Shown here piece after piece: positions 26,401-41,400 of a stretch of DNA of 64,000 nucleotides (positions within the stretch are counted from its first letter, which is position 1; each line of letters starts with the position of its first letter). Origin of the DNA: Phoronis australis (Eukaryota; Animalia; Phoronida). The notes under the pieces were generated by a model. That model saw only the letters and a program-made list of their open reading frames with translations. It was not told the origin of the DNA and did not search any database. Position numbers and translations under genes: made by a program. The stretch is from positions 11,996-75,995 of the forward strand of contig NMRA01000115.1 of the NCBI GenBank assembly GCA_002633005.1, in the 5' to 3' direction.

Positions 26401-29400
26401 CGTAATGTCTGAGTAGTGCACGAAAAAGGCAAAAATCGATCTGCAACTTGTTCACGTAGGGTACTGAGCTAAAATCAACACGGTTAACGTCAATCTTTGA
26501 AAATCAATGCTGCTGTTCTAGCTTTAGCTTCAAAACCCTCAAAAGCCAGTCGCTCCACCACGTTTTCTGAGAAACAATTTTGAATTTATTGAAACTCATG
26601 CAGACTCGAGCGTTGACCTTTCCCGGAAACGAAATGTTTTCACACTTGGGAATCGTGGTGAATAAACAGGATTTGACAAGTTCGGGCACAGGAACGCTTA
26701 AGGAACACATTCTGCGATACATAACGATGATACGATACCGAGATTGATCACATTAATCTAAGCCATGACCAACAGCATTATGAACAAACAGCTAGGTAAA
26801 AATAGATCGAAATCTGTTACAGTTCAAATGTTCAATCGAAAGATGACGAACGCTTTTTATTAGTGAACATATTTTCGCAAATATATACAGACAAAGATTT
26901 CGATTACAACTTATACTATCTTCTGTGGTGACAGAGAGAACCATGAAAGAAAACAGCTTTTACAAGTCTTTCCAGTCAACGACTGCGAAGGAAAAAAGAG
27001 ATTAGGGAGAGGTCCGCGCAAATCATTGCGTGACATTTCACGGCCACAGCTGCATTCTGATTGACGTGATATTGTTTGGAATGACGTAAATGCTTTCGAT
27101 TCGCAGGTGGCGCAGAATATGTCGGATCTGTTTGAAAATAACAGGCCATAGTCGTCTTCTTAACAGTAACTAAATTTAGTAAAAATCCACTATGGAGACA
27201 CAGAGACAAACGTAAAATATTTAAATTGCCACTACAGAGCACAGCGCTAGTTGGATCGCTACGACCCTATTGTTCATCGAAACCTTTTAACATTTGCTGA
27301 ATTCCACAAAGCTCCTGCAAAGGACGGAGATACAGTGGCCGATGCAAAATCACCATTTGGAGGAATTGTCCGAAAATCAAAAAGAACCATAGCCTGTTCA
27401 ACAGCAACACGACTGTAAGTTATTTTTCGGGTTTGGTTAATATGTAAATGTTTCTTGGTTTCTATGTAAACATATGTCGCTAAAGGCCTTCTAGGTTTCG
27501 TTTGTGCAGTTAGTTGACCTTTTTCTTCGCGTTTTGGTTTTCGACTTGCGATTGTCTTTGTTTTTGTTCAGTAGTAGTGTGGTCTTCAGTAACGGTACAA
27601 GAAATACATGTATAGGCGGTCATTTCGTTAGATTTCCTCGAGCAGTGCTAACAACGGAGAAACAAAAGAGACAGTAAAAACTGGTTGCAATTATCGTTTT
27701 GGCGACTATCAAATGTGAACTTCAAATTTTTTGGCTTTCGTCGAACCACGGATTAGTCATTTTCCCGGCGATTACATTTCAAACCGCTTGTATAATTATT
27801 AGATTCACTGAAACTGCTCTTTATATAAAGGAACATTTCGTCGCTGTTTAGCTGTCGATATTCAATTCGTAAATGAAGCACTTTGAGATCATTACCACGG
27901 GAACGCCCACACAGTCTTGAGTTGTTGCCGAATGAGCCAGGAACTCAAATGGCAGGCAATGCGTATATGCATCCTTTTCGACTTCACAGTTTCGGGATTG
28001 GCAAACTTCGACAAACTCCGAATCATTTACTTGAGTCGCTGTTGGTCGATATTCTTGTTGATAGCAATTTATGTTCCTATCACGGTTAAGAATATTATGA
28101 ATCCAATTTTACGAGAGTGAAAGACGTGGTTAGATTTTCATTTTCAGCCAACTCAATTGCGCGAAATTCAATTTTACATGTAACTCTACTGAGAAAACAA
28201 GTATCGCCCACGCTCACAATTACTGTTTGCGGTTATTATCGCTATTCTCATAATTGCAACATGCTTTCTATTTCTTACCCGGGAAATAGCACGATCTGGG
28301 GTGTGCGCCGTATAGTGCAATTACAACTGCCAAGATGGTTGATTAAGGGACTGGGAAAAAACCCGCATTCTGCATAAGGATTGTCAAATTCTCACGTTTT
28401 TTACGGAGCAAGATTGTAATTACAGCCATGACAACATAATTGGGGAGGCATCTTCTGAAGATAACGAAAGTTCTTTTGTTTTCCAATGATGTGTCAGTAC
28501 TAGATGACCTGTAGTGAGACTCCAAGCTTTCGAACTAGCATATATATTTAATTCGACCAAGCACCAAGTTGACATCAAATATATTTTGTGAAGATAGGAC
28601 GAATTTGCAGAGAGGTCAGTCTCAGAGGAACATTGCATGGGAGGAACACGATGATTTAACTGCGATCCTAGCGACAGAGTGTGTGACTACTGTAGATGGG
28701 CATTTCGAGTAAAATTAGATAGCGCTATTATGTTTTAACTGCTCTGAAGCAGCGATAATAAGTGATACCGTCTCCACTCATATCATCTTCGTTACCATGT
28801 CTGCTTAGTAAAATTTAGCAAAAAAGAAAGACACGTTCTCATCAAAACAACGGTATTAACAACAAGACCAAATTCAGTTTGATGCAACGTGGCATCTCAT
28901 AAAACGTTCCCGTTTTCTATATCATCATTTCGTTCCCGTTTTATGCAATTTTAAGGAATCCTACATGTAGGTTTGATAACCCTTCATGCAAAAGTGGAAG
29001 ATTTTAAAAACATGAGCAACAGTCTCAGAAGCTTTCATGAGAATCCAACGAGCCATTTCCGATATCGATGCACTTTATGGTGTTCCGAAGTTAACCAAAT
29101 GTTGACAGTTTGTGTTGACGCCTTCTGTTGGCTTCCGTCGACGAATTACACAATGTCAACCTACAGCACCTGCACAACGCGCGAGCACGCTACAACAGCA
29201 TCAACCGGAACCGGAGATCATGTCTCGCGTAAAAGAGAATAACTGTGTAGTCGGACGGATACATGTATGTTGCATTTTACGTCACAACACCAGGCAAAGA
29301 AGTTTCCGATATTTATGACATAAAAAGAGGTGAAACTATTAGCTGTTAATGGCACGCATGTTCTTCATCTAGTAATTATGACAATTTATTTTTAAAAATT

Positions 29401-32400
29401 GAAAATGAAATGAAGCTGAAAGAAGCTGCCCGAATATGGAAATTGTAATAGCTCTTGGACTAGGATGTGGTGGTTTCATAGCAGAGTTTTACGAATGTGT
29501 TTGACCTGATGTATCACTTTCAGAGAGATAGTACAGTCCGTTTGCCTGCCACTCAATCACATGGTGTGATAAAATTACTTAAGTTGTAATAGTTTACTGC
29601 ATCAAATGTAAGGGCATTCTGACGTTTAATGATGACGTGTCATGCCAGCAGATGACCTAATTTGGACCCGGAAATAAAAATACACATGCCGTCACACTGG
29701 GTTTAAAATGTTATAATGACGTCAAAATTGTGGACGTCATGATAACATTCATTTTGTTTAAATTTGGTATGCTTTGAAGATAAGTATTATGGTAAACTTG
29801 TCGTCAAAACAGTGTTTTTGATAGACGCTTTTAGCATCCTTGAGGAATTTTTTAATCTTATTTGGAAAAGTTCAGTTTGGTGATAAATCAGCGTGTGTGG
29901 TAGAATTCGTTAATTAGTCAAGTAAAAAACCGGAGTTCCTTAAAATATAAGCATAATTGAGATAGATAAGTTCATGATTCATTGGACGAAAATTCAAATT
30001 TTAGACGATTATATGGTTTTTGAAAGATTTTCCTTTTGCACTGTACTTACAACATTTTTGGCATTCACAATGTTGGAAAATTAGAAAGAATTTCCAATTG
30101 GTAATACAGTAACTAGAGTTATACTGCCTCGGTTTCTATGCACCTTTGTTATACTGACGACAAGTGCAGAGGGAGGTCAGTGTTTTTTTGAAGGAATCGT
30201 TGCAAGGTTTAAGAGCTGTCAAAATCAGAGTAAAACTGGTCCACAGACTAGACCATTACAAAAAGTAAAGATTTTTTGGACAACCATTGCTGTTGCATGA
30301 CCTCCTATTGTGATGTGAAACTTATATGGTTAGAGTTTCGTCTGTTCCATAGGAATAGTTTTAATTAAAATTGGTGTCTCAGTCGTAAGCAGAGTCTTTG
30401 ATACAAGCCAAACGTGCAACCATACACATGCCCAGAATCCCATCGTGAACCACCAACCAATAAACACACCTTCGCGAAATGGAAATTTCCGTCAAACAAG
30501 ACACGCATTGGCACGATACTAACCTGTCACTTGCCACAACAGTTCCGTCCTTGGTAACCCAGGTAATAATGACGTCAGTGTTTGGCTGCAAATTGAAAGT
30601 GAATTTGGACATACGAGTTTTTGGTACTATATAGCAATCAGCATTACTGTTAATACATGTACGTTAGGCCTACGTAAGGTAACACGCAGTGCTGGTTAGG
30701 TTAACGAATTTTCCTTAATGATACAGTGTATAAGGTGCACTAGAACGCCTACTTCGGACTACAGTCAAATTAAATGATTATTCAGAGATAAAATTTTGAT
30801 TATTTAGGAAGTAACTCGGTTTTCTTGTGAAACGAAGTACTCCGCCTAAACTGCCACCACAGACCCGATTCGGGTACGCGGAACATGTTTGTAGGCTGAC
30901 AGGAGACCCCTCACTTGTTTGAAAAATCATTCCTTGCTACGCGTTTTCTCAATTTTTTAACAAAATTTGTTTGACGCGCCATTTGTTGAGAAATTTTCAA
31001 TACAGCGTAGAAAATCCCTTGAGTGTATGTTTGGGCACTTGTCGTGCAAATATTTACGAAGTTAAAAATGCACTGTCTCAGAAATTTACCAGAATACAGT
31101 GCTGCTGCAGCCTGGGTGGCCGGTTTAACGGAATTGTGAGAGAACCAGGGCCAGGGTTGTGCTCGACTATTCTTATGAGTGGGAGTGCGGCTACCTGTCC
31201 ATTAGAGAGTCGGCAAGTGCTTCTATGAAATCGTCACCCTTTTGTAGTCTTTTCCCATAATTCAACGCTTGGAAAAAGCCTAAACAACAATTTAGACTGA
31301 AGTAGTTTTAACCTAACAAAACTAAATCAATTTGAAACTATCTTTTAGACCTCTGTTGCCGGGAGCATTTTAAAGAGTCCTTTATCCATTAAATAAACCA
31401 TTTGTTGGGTGTTTATGAAAGATCGACTCCGTTTTGCACGGAATCCAACCGTCGTGTTTTTTTTTCACGGTAAAAACGACAATCTGAACGGCGCTTCCCA
31501 TACATGAAACCTACGTGAGTAACCGTAGGGAAACATACCTAATTTACATTTCGGAAATTCCTCAAGGGGGCATTTCTGAATCGAATTGGTGTCTTTACAG
31601 AAACTGCAGTTGATCCTACGGTATAAAATAATAGTTTACTGGAAAATTTCACTCAACACATTGTCATTTTGAGGGATGTACATTTTCGGCATCTGGAACA
31701 AAGTCGAAACAGCTAACTCACCGGCGGTGAGCATTTTATCGGCAACAAGCGCAATATGGAGGGTTGATATGTGCCCATCGAGTGTATCGCAGCGCAGATA
31801 CAAGGGGTGGTCATGATTTTAAACATTGCCACTAATGGAGCAATACTAGTAAGCTTAAGTAGTGCCTAACGGGTGCAAAGAGAGTCAGCAATGCTCTACT
31901 CGACTGTAAAACACACCTGTGCCATTGCTCATGAATTGGCAAGCAGTCTGGAGGAGCGAAAGAAAAACACAAAATAGTACAAAGCCCAATTGGGAACGTA
32001 ACGTAGATCAAAACCATTTGAAACCGGAAAGTTGTCGACTCCGTGATAGTAACTTACTTGTCACATTACATGAACACCCATTAGGGATCAAGGTGGCCAT
32101 CAAGACAAAAGCAAAGAAAACCAATATCCCACGGTACAGTAGTATGACTTGTCCTTAAATCCTCTTCAGTTGTACATGTACTCTCCTCATCAGAAACACA
32201 TACACAATTTTATGAAGATCCTTCAATGAATTTGGTAGACATTGAGATAATAGCGAAAACAAAAAGCTAAATTGTCCCTAGGACGCGATACAGCAGTCCA
32301 ACATGACCGCAAATCAATGTCAGTCTAGCTCTTTCCAGAAGGAACACAAGTGCCAGTTTCTGTAACGATCGTGAGAGTGGTTTGGCCGAAAGAGAGGCAG

Positions 32401-35400
32401 ACTCCAAAAAATAAAAATGGTCACCAGGTCGAATACTTCCGGAAATTGCAAGGTATTGCCACCTCCTAATTAGAAACCTATATGCTGATTTTCATGAAAA
32501 TCCGTCTCAAAGGTAGGCCTACAGAGGAAATATAAAAAACTAAAATTGCAACTAGGGGGCACCACGGAAGTCGTTGCGTCCAAAAGTCATCATCATCAGT
32601 TAACATTTACTTTAAACACATGTGCCCAATTTATCAAAGATCTGTCACTAGGCGGTTCTTCAGCAGCGCTGTAGTGGTAAAATTAAAGGTAAGTAGTCTA
32701 CCAAAACCCACCGTATCACCTTGAGCACTGGAAATAACTTAGGGTGCGTAGGTGCTACGTTCAAATGTCAAAAGGTGGTTGGGCGCGCCTACGTCCACTA
32801 CATCAGTGTTCTTCTGTAGTCGAAGCCGTCCGAAAATTAAGGTCAACCCTGCTCTTCTCAGAAGTACAATTACTATAATGACTTTACAGAGGTTTGGCGA
32901 ATAGAGAGGCGGACGCCAAGAAACAACAAAAATAGCCACTAAATGTGAAAGAATACGTAGAATTCGTCTGAAAAGGGGGAGGCGAAGGTGTCCTCTTAAT
33001 AGATACTAAGTTTTACGTTTCGTGCTAAATCGTAAAGAACTCTGATGATATAAATGCAAGAGTGCAAACTAAGATTGCCAATAGGGGTCACAGCGATAGT
33101 TGGTTCACCCGAATATGCGCTCGTGATAGAAAAATTTCCTAAACATTCATCAAGGGGTTTAGGAGACACAGCACAGGGCGCCGCACATCAAACACCGTAC
33201 GACGGACACCGTAAAGCGGACACCTGACGACAGACACCTTACAATAGGACGACGTAGGGCGGATGGACGGACGGGGATGACGGCATAATGCGCCCACTCA
33301 CATTTATCCATGTGGTCGCATTTTTGGGCTGGCGCAGTAACACAAACTTCCTTTGCTAGATTTTGACCTCACCTAGAAATGCTTCCGACGATTTATCGCT
33401 ATGACAAACTTATTTACGATTTTTTCGTTGATGTTATATTTGACTGTAGACTATACGAGAAAAATTGAACAGCTTATTGTGATTTAGAGCGGTCATTTGA
33501 TTGTTCTGGGAAAACCAAAATATGCTCTAAACAGCCTAGAATGACACATGCATGTTCATGCACACCTTTCGTTGAGCTTACAATTAAATACGGCAGGTGC
33601 ATCTAAAAATCGGAACCAGACCTAACCAACAACATTTTTAAAACTATGAGGCGTTCAAAATTTTTGGACCAGCTTTGTAACAGAGATTAATAATGAGAAG
33701 TTTTTTTAGGGACCAAAAAACAAAACGAGCAACCCCACAATACCGAAAGAAAGTGTTTACTGCTGTTTAGTGTCTGACGAGGGGAGCTCACTCGTCTCCC
33801 AGCGTCATACGTACATGACGTTGAATGATGAAGGCGTAACCACAAATTAGGTTATTGGTGACATGACGAAGATGACGAAATTGTTACGGACGTTGTCATT
33901 TCTTTTGTCTCTGCTACTCTACGTACTCCCTTATTTGGTGAGTATTTCAATAAAGGAGACGCGGATTACTTAAATGTGCGAGGCACGCTGTGTGGTTTAT
34001 ATTGCATTTCAAGTGGGTTTTTTCAGAAACATTCCAGAGAAAGCATTGCTAAGAACACCCAAAGCTTCGCAAAATGAGTCCTACACTTTACATTTTAAAT
34101 TTAAGAAAAAATTGGAACTCTGAGAAGTTTTAAGGGCGTGTGCATAAAAACGTTGTGATTTACATGTAGCATGTTGTTACCAGGGGCGGATCCAGGATTT
34201 TGAATCGGGTGGAGCAGGTCAGAGTATTAGCCAGGATTTTGCAGTTAGACATTTGAACCCCCGAACTGTCAAATGGAATCTGGGAGAATTTTAGGGCGCG
34301 GGCTTGGCCCCCTTGGACCCCCCTTAAGTCCGCCAATGAATACCTATCTTCACCCCTCCAAAATTTTGGTTGGGGGTCGCCTTCCTACGTTTATCTCGTG
34401 ATGCTGATTTCTGGTACAGCAGTTGTTCTCCATCACATCCCGGGGATCCATTGGAAGGCTTACTAGTACTGTACTGCAAACACGAATAGGAAATTTGTCT
34501 TAGGTATCATATCGCGTGGATATTTTGCTCCGTAAGGTATCCTCTCGTGTGAGTAAGAGACGACGGGGGCGAAACAGTTACTTTGAGTATGGGCTTCAAA
34601 TCCGACTTTGCTGTCTCGGATACCCGTTTTTCGGCAATATGTACGGTAAAGGTACTGCGTTGGTCTGGATTTTGACTATTGATAGAGATCCCGCTCCGGA
34701 GTTATACTTCACAATGAGGTTCTAAATGTGTTTGTGCTTACCATAAATTTGTCTTTCGAAAATCCTATTCCGATCCATTGGTTGTTGTTGGTTTTCCCGC
34801 CAATTTCAAAGTCTATCTCTTTTGAGAGTTCGTTACACGACCATGTGGCTATGTAATCACATTCACCTGCGCCACACCCCGGGGGATCTGAATAATTACC
34901 GGAAATGTAGTCGTTGGACTGAGCTTGTTCTACAAAAGAGAAAGAAACAGAATATACAGTGGCTGATCTACGTTTTCAGTAAGGGGGGTTTAGGATTCGA
35001 GCGCATCCGAGGCGCGTAGCGCGAAACGGAAGGAAGGTGGGGAGGAAGTTCCCCTCTCCCGTGTAAGATTTTTTGTGTTTTTTAGCAGCTGATTTCGTTT
35101 TTCTGGCGATTTTTTTCAATTTTTATTGTTGATTCTATCCTGAAAGGGGGGGAGTTGAACTCCTGAACCCCCCCCCCCGTAGATTCACCTCTGATTTACA
35201 CGAAACTTTCAATTTTTCAGGCCTTTGCACGTTATGCACGTTTCAGTGTATGTGCGTTAAGCGTTTATGGTTTGATTTTGACTATAAAGGTTTGTTAATG
35301 CACTTCACTTTATTATGGTGCCGAAAGCGTACTACTAAAAACACTTCTCGTGTTTTTGTCGTTACATCATCTTACTAGGGTCACATGTCTGTTTTGAACG

Positions 35401-38400
35401 GCAGTTACTTTGACATGGTGGGGTTTGTGGGCATCTGGTACGCCAATTTAGGGATTTTTCCAAATCTCTTGTTGAAACTTACCAGAAACTTGGGTGACTG
35501 TCCCCACCCAAGTCAAAATTCATATCGAGCTTCACTACAAGGTTAGCACATAAATAAGCATGTTTTTCAAACAAGCGCGTAAGTTTATTTGACTTTCTAA
35601 ATGTATGTATTCTCACTGTTACCTCAGCTGTATAATAATTCAGTTCCATTACCAGAGAAATAGACTACTGTAACTGGCTGGATGAAAGTTAAATCGAACA
35701 TTAAATGTTCATGGTTTTTTAGAGTTGTATGTAATATTATATTGTAATAAGCCAAATGCCCTTCTTTCAGAAAAGTTTCGTTGTGAACGTACACAAATTC
35801 TTTGAAGTAAATTACCTTTCTCATGATACAATTAATTCAAAAAACAAAACGCTAGTCATCGAGAGATACTTGCGGTAAGAAATCTTATTTAACGGAGAAA
35901 TCTTCCATGCATACACAGCGTAAATCAACATTCCTGCTAAGCCGTCCAATCACTTTAATGGCAGCCTTTTTGCTGCTGTACTCAGTGAGGTCGTGAGTGC
36001 AGTCGCTAAACTCTTGTCATTCACTAGGCTGAGCAAGGTCTCGCGTGATTTCACCAAACTTGCAAGAAACCTGGCCTACGGTACAATTACCCAGCAGTTA
36101 ATGTCCATTAATCGTTAATCCCTTCGTCTGCCTCATTCAACCCTTACCGTAAACATTGAGCGACGCCACACCCCTTTGAGTCGAAGAAGTCCCGTGATAC
36201 TTGAGTTCATCGCGTCGGTAGTAGTTGGAAAGCCTCGCTGTTCCTTCCTCGATCCCTGACCCAGGTGAGTGTTGATACGAACCCACTGTCTGACCACATG
36301 ACCATATGAACTCCATGTTAGTGTTAATGAATCCGTGGTCTTGAGGTTCAGTGGCTGTACATGTAAAAGTATATATCAGTGTTATCAAACTGAGTAATCA
36401 CAGTCCGCAACTTTTGTAGCTTAGAACCACATCTCTCGATAAAAATAGTGTGGAATATGTCGGAGGATGGTTTTCCAAGACGATTTGCAGTCTGCTACAG
36501 CTTCTTCCAGTGATTAATAGGATAGTGTTGTCATCAAAGAACACCCGTATTTAAGTGTGTTTATATTTTCACTAGATAGTAGTCTACATATATACAAGGA
36601 AGTACATTCATTAGGATCGATTATTGAGGAGACTGGTAATTTAGAGGCTATCATTCAATATACCATTTAGTCTTTTTCGAAATAAGATGGTTGTGGTTCC
36701 GTTTTCCTCGTAACCCAATGCAGCAGTAAGACTGTCGGAACCACCGTAGAATGAGTCAAAGCGGGGCGTTGACCGGTCCCTTGTGTAGTAGTCATGGATC
36801 CGACTCAGGGATTGATGTGCTGCACCGATGACTATATCCGTGCAGTCCATTGGATGAAGATCAGTTGCTAAAACCGATGTGTTAAATTACACAAATAACA
36901 ATTTACTCATACATACATTACATCTAGATACAGAAAACTCTCAATCCTCTACCAAAGTTGCATTCGATATTTTCAATTTTCTCCTGGTTTTATTTCGTAT
37001 TAATAGCTATTGAGTATACACTAGGCTTTTCAGAGTACACAATACGACGTGCATAGTGACAAATTGCTCGAAAGGGGCGATACTCCAAGAAAAAAAATCC
37101 TCGGAGTAATGACCCGTCGGTAGTACTACCCGACGCAATGTTCTCTACTACGTGGCTACAATTTAAGAGGCAGTCCATATAAAAACCAGTAGATTTTCAA
37201 AAATCAGTCTATACGTCAAAATTTAAAACAACTTCATTTTTTGTACATGGGTAGGTATCCTAACAAAAACCCAAATGCCAAATTTTGCGCACTCAATGAC
37301 CCCTAATTTCGCCGCTGGAGCATGATAACACAAATTGGCACAATTGGGCATATTAGCCGTCTCAAAAATCGCATGTTTTCAGCAACAAAAATGAGTAACA
37401 TACAAAATAGATCAAAAGCTATATTTTGGTGGCTGAAATAACCAACGTATACTGTGCATAATTCTGTGCCATTTATTAAAATCTAACAGTTTTATGCTAG
37501 ACAGGGGAGATAATCCACAGACCACTTTTTGGGGCTAATTTTAGTGGCCATTTTTGTGACCTTCTTACTGCCATAAAACACCTTGTAGCCTTATGTGACG
37601 TTTTGAACATACAGTTAAAGAGTTAGTCTTGATGACTGAGCAATAAAAAATCTTGCCTCAACTTTGCACTTTAGTGAAAATTGTCTTGCAAAACTGTCTA
37701 TTTTCATAGTTTGGAAATGACGAGCAGAGTTTACAAACCATTTGAACAAACTTTTAGGCAAGAAGTCTGCTTTAAATAGTTATAGAAACCAAGTCTAAAG
37801 TCTTTCAAATGAAAACAAGATGTTTTCTGGGTTTATTACGCGGCTAGTATCAAAACTGAACCCGATGACCTTTGCCCACTGAGGAAGTCAGTTGAGGTTT
37901 AAAGCTTGAGGATTTATAAAAAATGTACGTGTAATCCTCTCGTATTCTTTCATTTCTTTTACATAATCAGGTTAATTTAAACACTCTGTACAACTTTTGA
38001 ATGGAAATAAATGCCTTTAAGATTAAACGAGTAAGAATTGNNTAAAACTGCACACATTTAAATCTTTTTTCATCCGTATAGTTTTGATTACCGGGGTTAA
38101 TCAATAAACCCAACATTTCCCTACGCTCTTACTGTTTTATTTTTTGCGGCAGCCAAGGGGGGGGGGGCCCTGGCCCCCCCTAAATCCGCCTATGTACATG
38201 TATTGTTACTGCGATATTCCTGCTTCTGCAGGCCGAACTCCGGACATACATGTATATTATAAACATCTTGCATATTTGTCATAGTCATGGCTAATGAAAC
38301 CGGTCTTTCAGATTGTGTTCTAAATTGTGAAAGTGGTATGCACATTCTATTTAACTACAAGAGATTCTCCAAAGAGCGTTATCTGTCATTCAAAAACGGG

Positions 38401-41400
38401 AACGAATAGTACACCAATCCACATTATTTACGCACTAGCCTATTACGGGCTGCACTACCTGGTTCCCCCTCTGGTTCCGGTTCACTAGTCGGTTCGTGCG
38501 TAGGTTCACTTGTTGGCTCAACTGTCGTCTCGCTTGTTGGCTCAGTTGCCGGCTGGCTTGATGGTTCTCCCGTTGACTCATTCGTCGGCTCACTTCTTGG
38601 CTCGCCGACTGTTTCACTGACTGGCTCAGACTGTCCCTCTGGCTCAGCGGTTGGGTTTTGCTGCATGTTTGTATCATCCAGAAGGTGTCTACATGTCGCA
38701 GACATACCTAAATTTGGCACAATCGGATAGGACGTCAATTGTGGTAATATAAATGGTGTTTTATAATTACCTATGCATCGACTACAACTTCGGTCAATAA
38801 CAATTGTGTACAAATAATGACTATACAATGTAGTGTACGATGAATTGCAATATTAGACATACAGTAAAGGATCAACCATTCTGCACTCAGATACATGCAA
38901 CTTGGGGTGCTGAGCAAATAAGTCCCCATCTCTGCCCCACAGGACTATTCACAAGTTGTGGTAACCGGAGACGATCCATTAAACTGAGAAGCTGCAAATT
39001 AGGGTCTCGTCATCACAGGTGCCCCTCAAAATTCGTGGCAGCTGGAAAATTATGGCAAATAGGGGAGTGAACTTTGGTGCCCGTCTCGTCGCCACAGTCA
39101 TCCCTCGAATATTGTGGCGACCTTGGGGGGAGGGTGTTGTAGGAAATTGTAGTGAAAGGAGCGAATTGTGGTGGTTAGGGCTAAGAGACTCGTTATAGCT
39201 TGGTGTCACGAGAAAACTTAATCCGGCACCAATTGCATGCATAAATCTTTCCGTATGTAAACTTTGCTCAGGAAAACGTTAACTTTGAATATGCTTATGA
39301 CAAGGGAAACTATGTTCTTGTCATCAAAAGCAACGTTTGGTTACCATTGTTGGTGCATGTACAGCGGACTGACTGAAAAGTTGGAGGTATGACAACTAGT
39401 CGGTGTGAATACTGTGGTTAGGGAAAATTTCAGTTTCCACACAGGGCGTATAAATGGTGTATAAATAAACATCTAAGAAAACTGCAAACGTGATTCGGCA
39501 TGTTCGTTGGCTATTCAAAAGAAGCAGCAATAGTTACCTCGCGGTCTCCAGCCCAGTGCCGCATAAGAATCGCCATTTACTTTCATTACAAACTCTACTT
39601 CATCCGACGTCTACAAAAAATTGATATACACGATCAGAGCATACCCGTTGGCGTTGTGAAGAACTACCTGCTGACATTGCTAACGATGTTATATTGGTAA
39701 ACGCGTGCAGCAAATGCAAATCTTGGACATTTGCTTCACTTGTCATCAAAAAGTTGCGCATTTTATCCAATATGCGTTCAATCGCTCGAGTGCAACACGA
39801 CCATGTGATATTGTTTTCCGTGTTCCCTCCTGCATTACTTCAACAGTAACCTCTAACATGGAAAGTTCAAAAGGTAGATCAATGTTAACTCGACGCCGTT
39901 GGCCGGCTCGAAAATAGTTTAAAGTAATACAATTGCAGCAGTATAAATAACACTTTACAGTACATGCAATCAGGTCCCAAATGTAACATCTGGAACCGGA
40001 CTGTTTGTTGTACGATACTTCTGTCTCAGTTTTCAATTGCTCAATATTATATCGTCTGCAACTCGGGCGCCTATTCATAGGTACATGTAAGTACAATTAT
40101 CTAATATCATGCGCGCGCCCAGGGGGGCTCGGGGGCTAGAATGAGCAACTCCAACTGGCGAAGTGAACAAAAAGGTCTGCCCCGGAGAGACAAAAAGTCC
40201 GAGAAAATGGGACAAATTTCCACTAAGTAAGCGCAAACGCGCAATTCACATAAGTGCTCCCGTTTTTTTTTTTGTTTAGTCCGCCCTCTCTTTTGTTAGC
40301 AAATGGTTCAAAACGTCGGGAATTCGAGCCCCCATATCGAAGGCTGGGTGAATATTGTTTATATTTAACTATTTTCAGGAATTGTGACAAGTTCAATGCA
40401 CAATAACCGTTGTTTTCATCTTTCTTGCCTCTTTTCAAGCAATAAATCGTTACACTTAAAACTGTTTCTTTTACTAGAGAAAACGTGTATCCTAACGTGC
40501 AATGTATACATATAGGATGTGATCCGCCGCGTGAACAGTTTGGGTGAAATATTTAAAAATTCTGCAGAAAAAATGAAAGAAACTTATGAATTCGAGGCGC
40601 ATGGGATGAATACAAAATGTACCTCGATTGGCGTAGATGTAGTAATATCTCACTCGTACCGTGACCGATACGCGGAATAACGTCGAGTGGAATACTGCTT
40701 CGTCTACGCCACTCTCGGTACGTTTTGTGTATATCCGTTGACTTTTGATTGATTGTTGGTCCTGAAAACACCACCATCGTGCTTTTATTGACACACTTCC
40801 AGTGGCGGATCTAGGGGGCCAAGGGGGTCATGCCCCCCCCCCCTAAAATTCTACCAAATACCATTTGACTAGCACATGCGCGCAACCAGGGGGGCTCGGG
40901 TGAACAGACCCCGTTTACCGTTTTTTTTTAGTCAAAAGGTCAGTAAACTCAAAAATTCGAGACCCCTACATCCCTACAATTTAGGGTGGACGCGCGCGAA
41001 ATTCTTGTTATTCCTGTACCGTGGCCCCCCCTTAACTCAAAATCCTAGATCCGCCCCTGACTTTTGAGACACTTGCTTTGTAAGACGTTTGACCCACCTT
41101 GTCAAACCAATACACTGAACATCATTTATAGCGTTCCATAACTCACCTGAATCACCCTGAAGTACAAATCGAAACCAGTGGTGAGCATTCGGTGATTGTA
41201 GGCGGAGAGGTCCGATGGTTTTGTCTTCACCGAAGACTCTGTGGACAAAAACCATGGTTAATTACCGTTACATTGTAGTTGTTCTTTTTTCAAATGAACA
41301 GACATATGAAAACTGTGGCATAACTGGACTTGAAATCTCGTGGTTATTTAGACGTAATTCCGACAGAAGTGTGGCAAAGACACGAGGTTCAGTTGGTTAA

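Noticed and set aside
31721-31800. Possible extra exon with a strong G|GTGAGT donor
   Set aside because: DOMON2 is already continuous (KFM|PNTD) and the phase does not fit.
39950-40060. Exon-like stretch inside ORF 39746..40096
   Set aside because: Matches the reverse complement of ~18780-18865, so it is a dispersed repeat.
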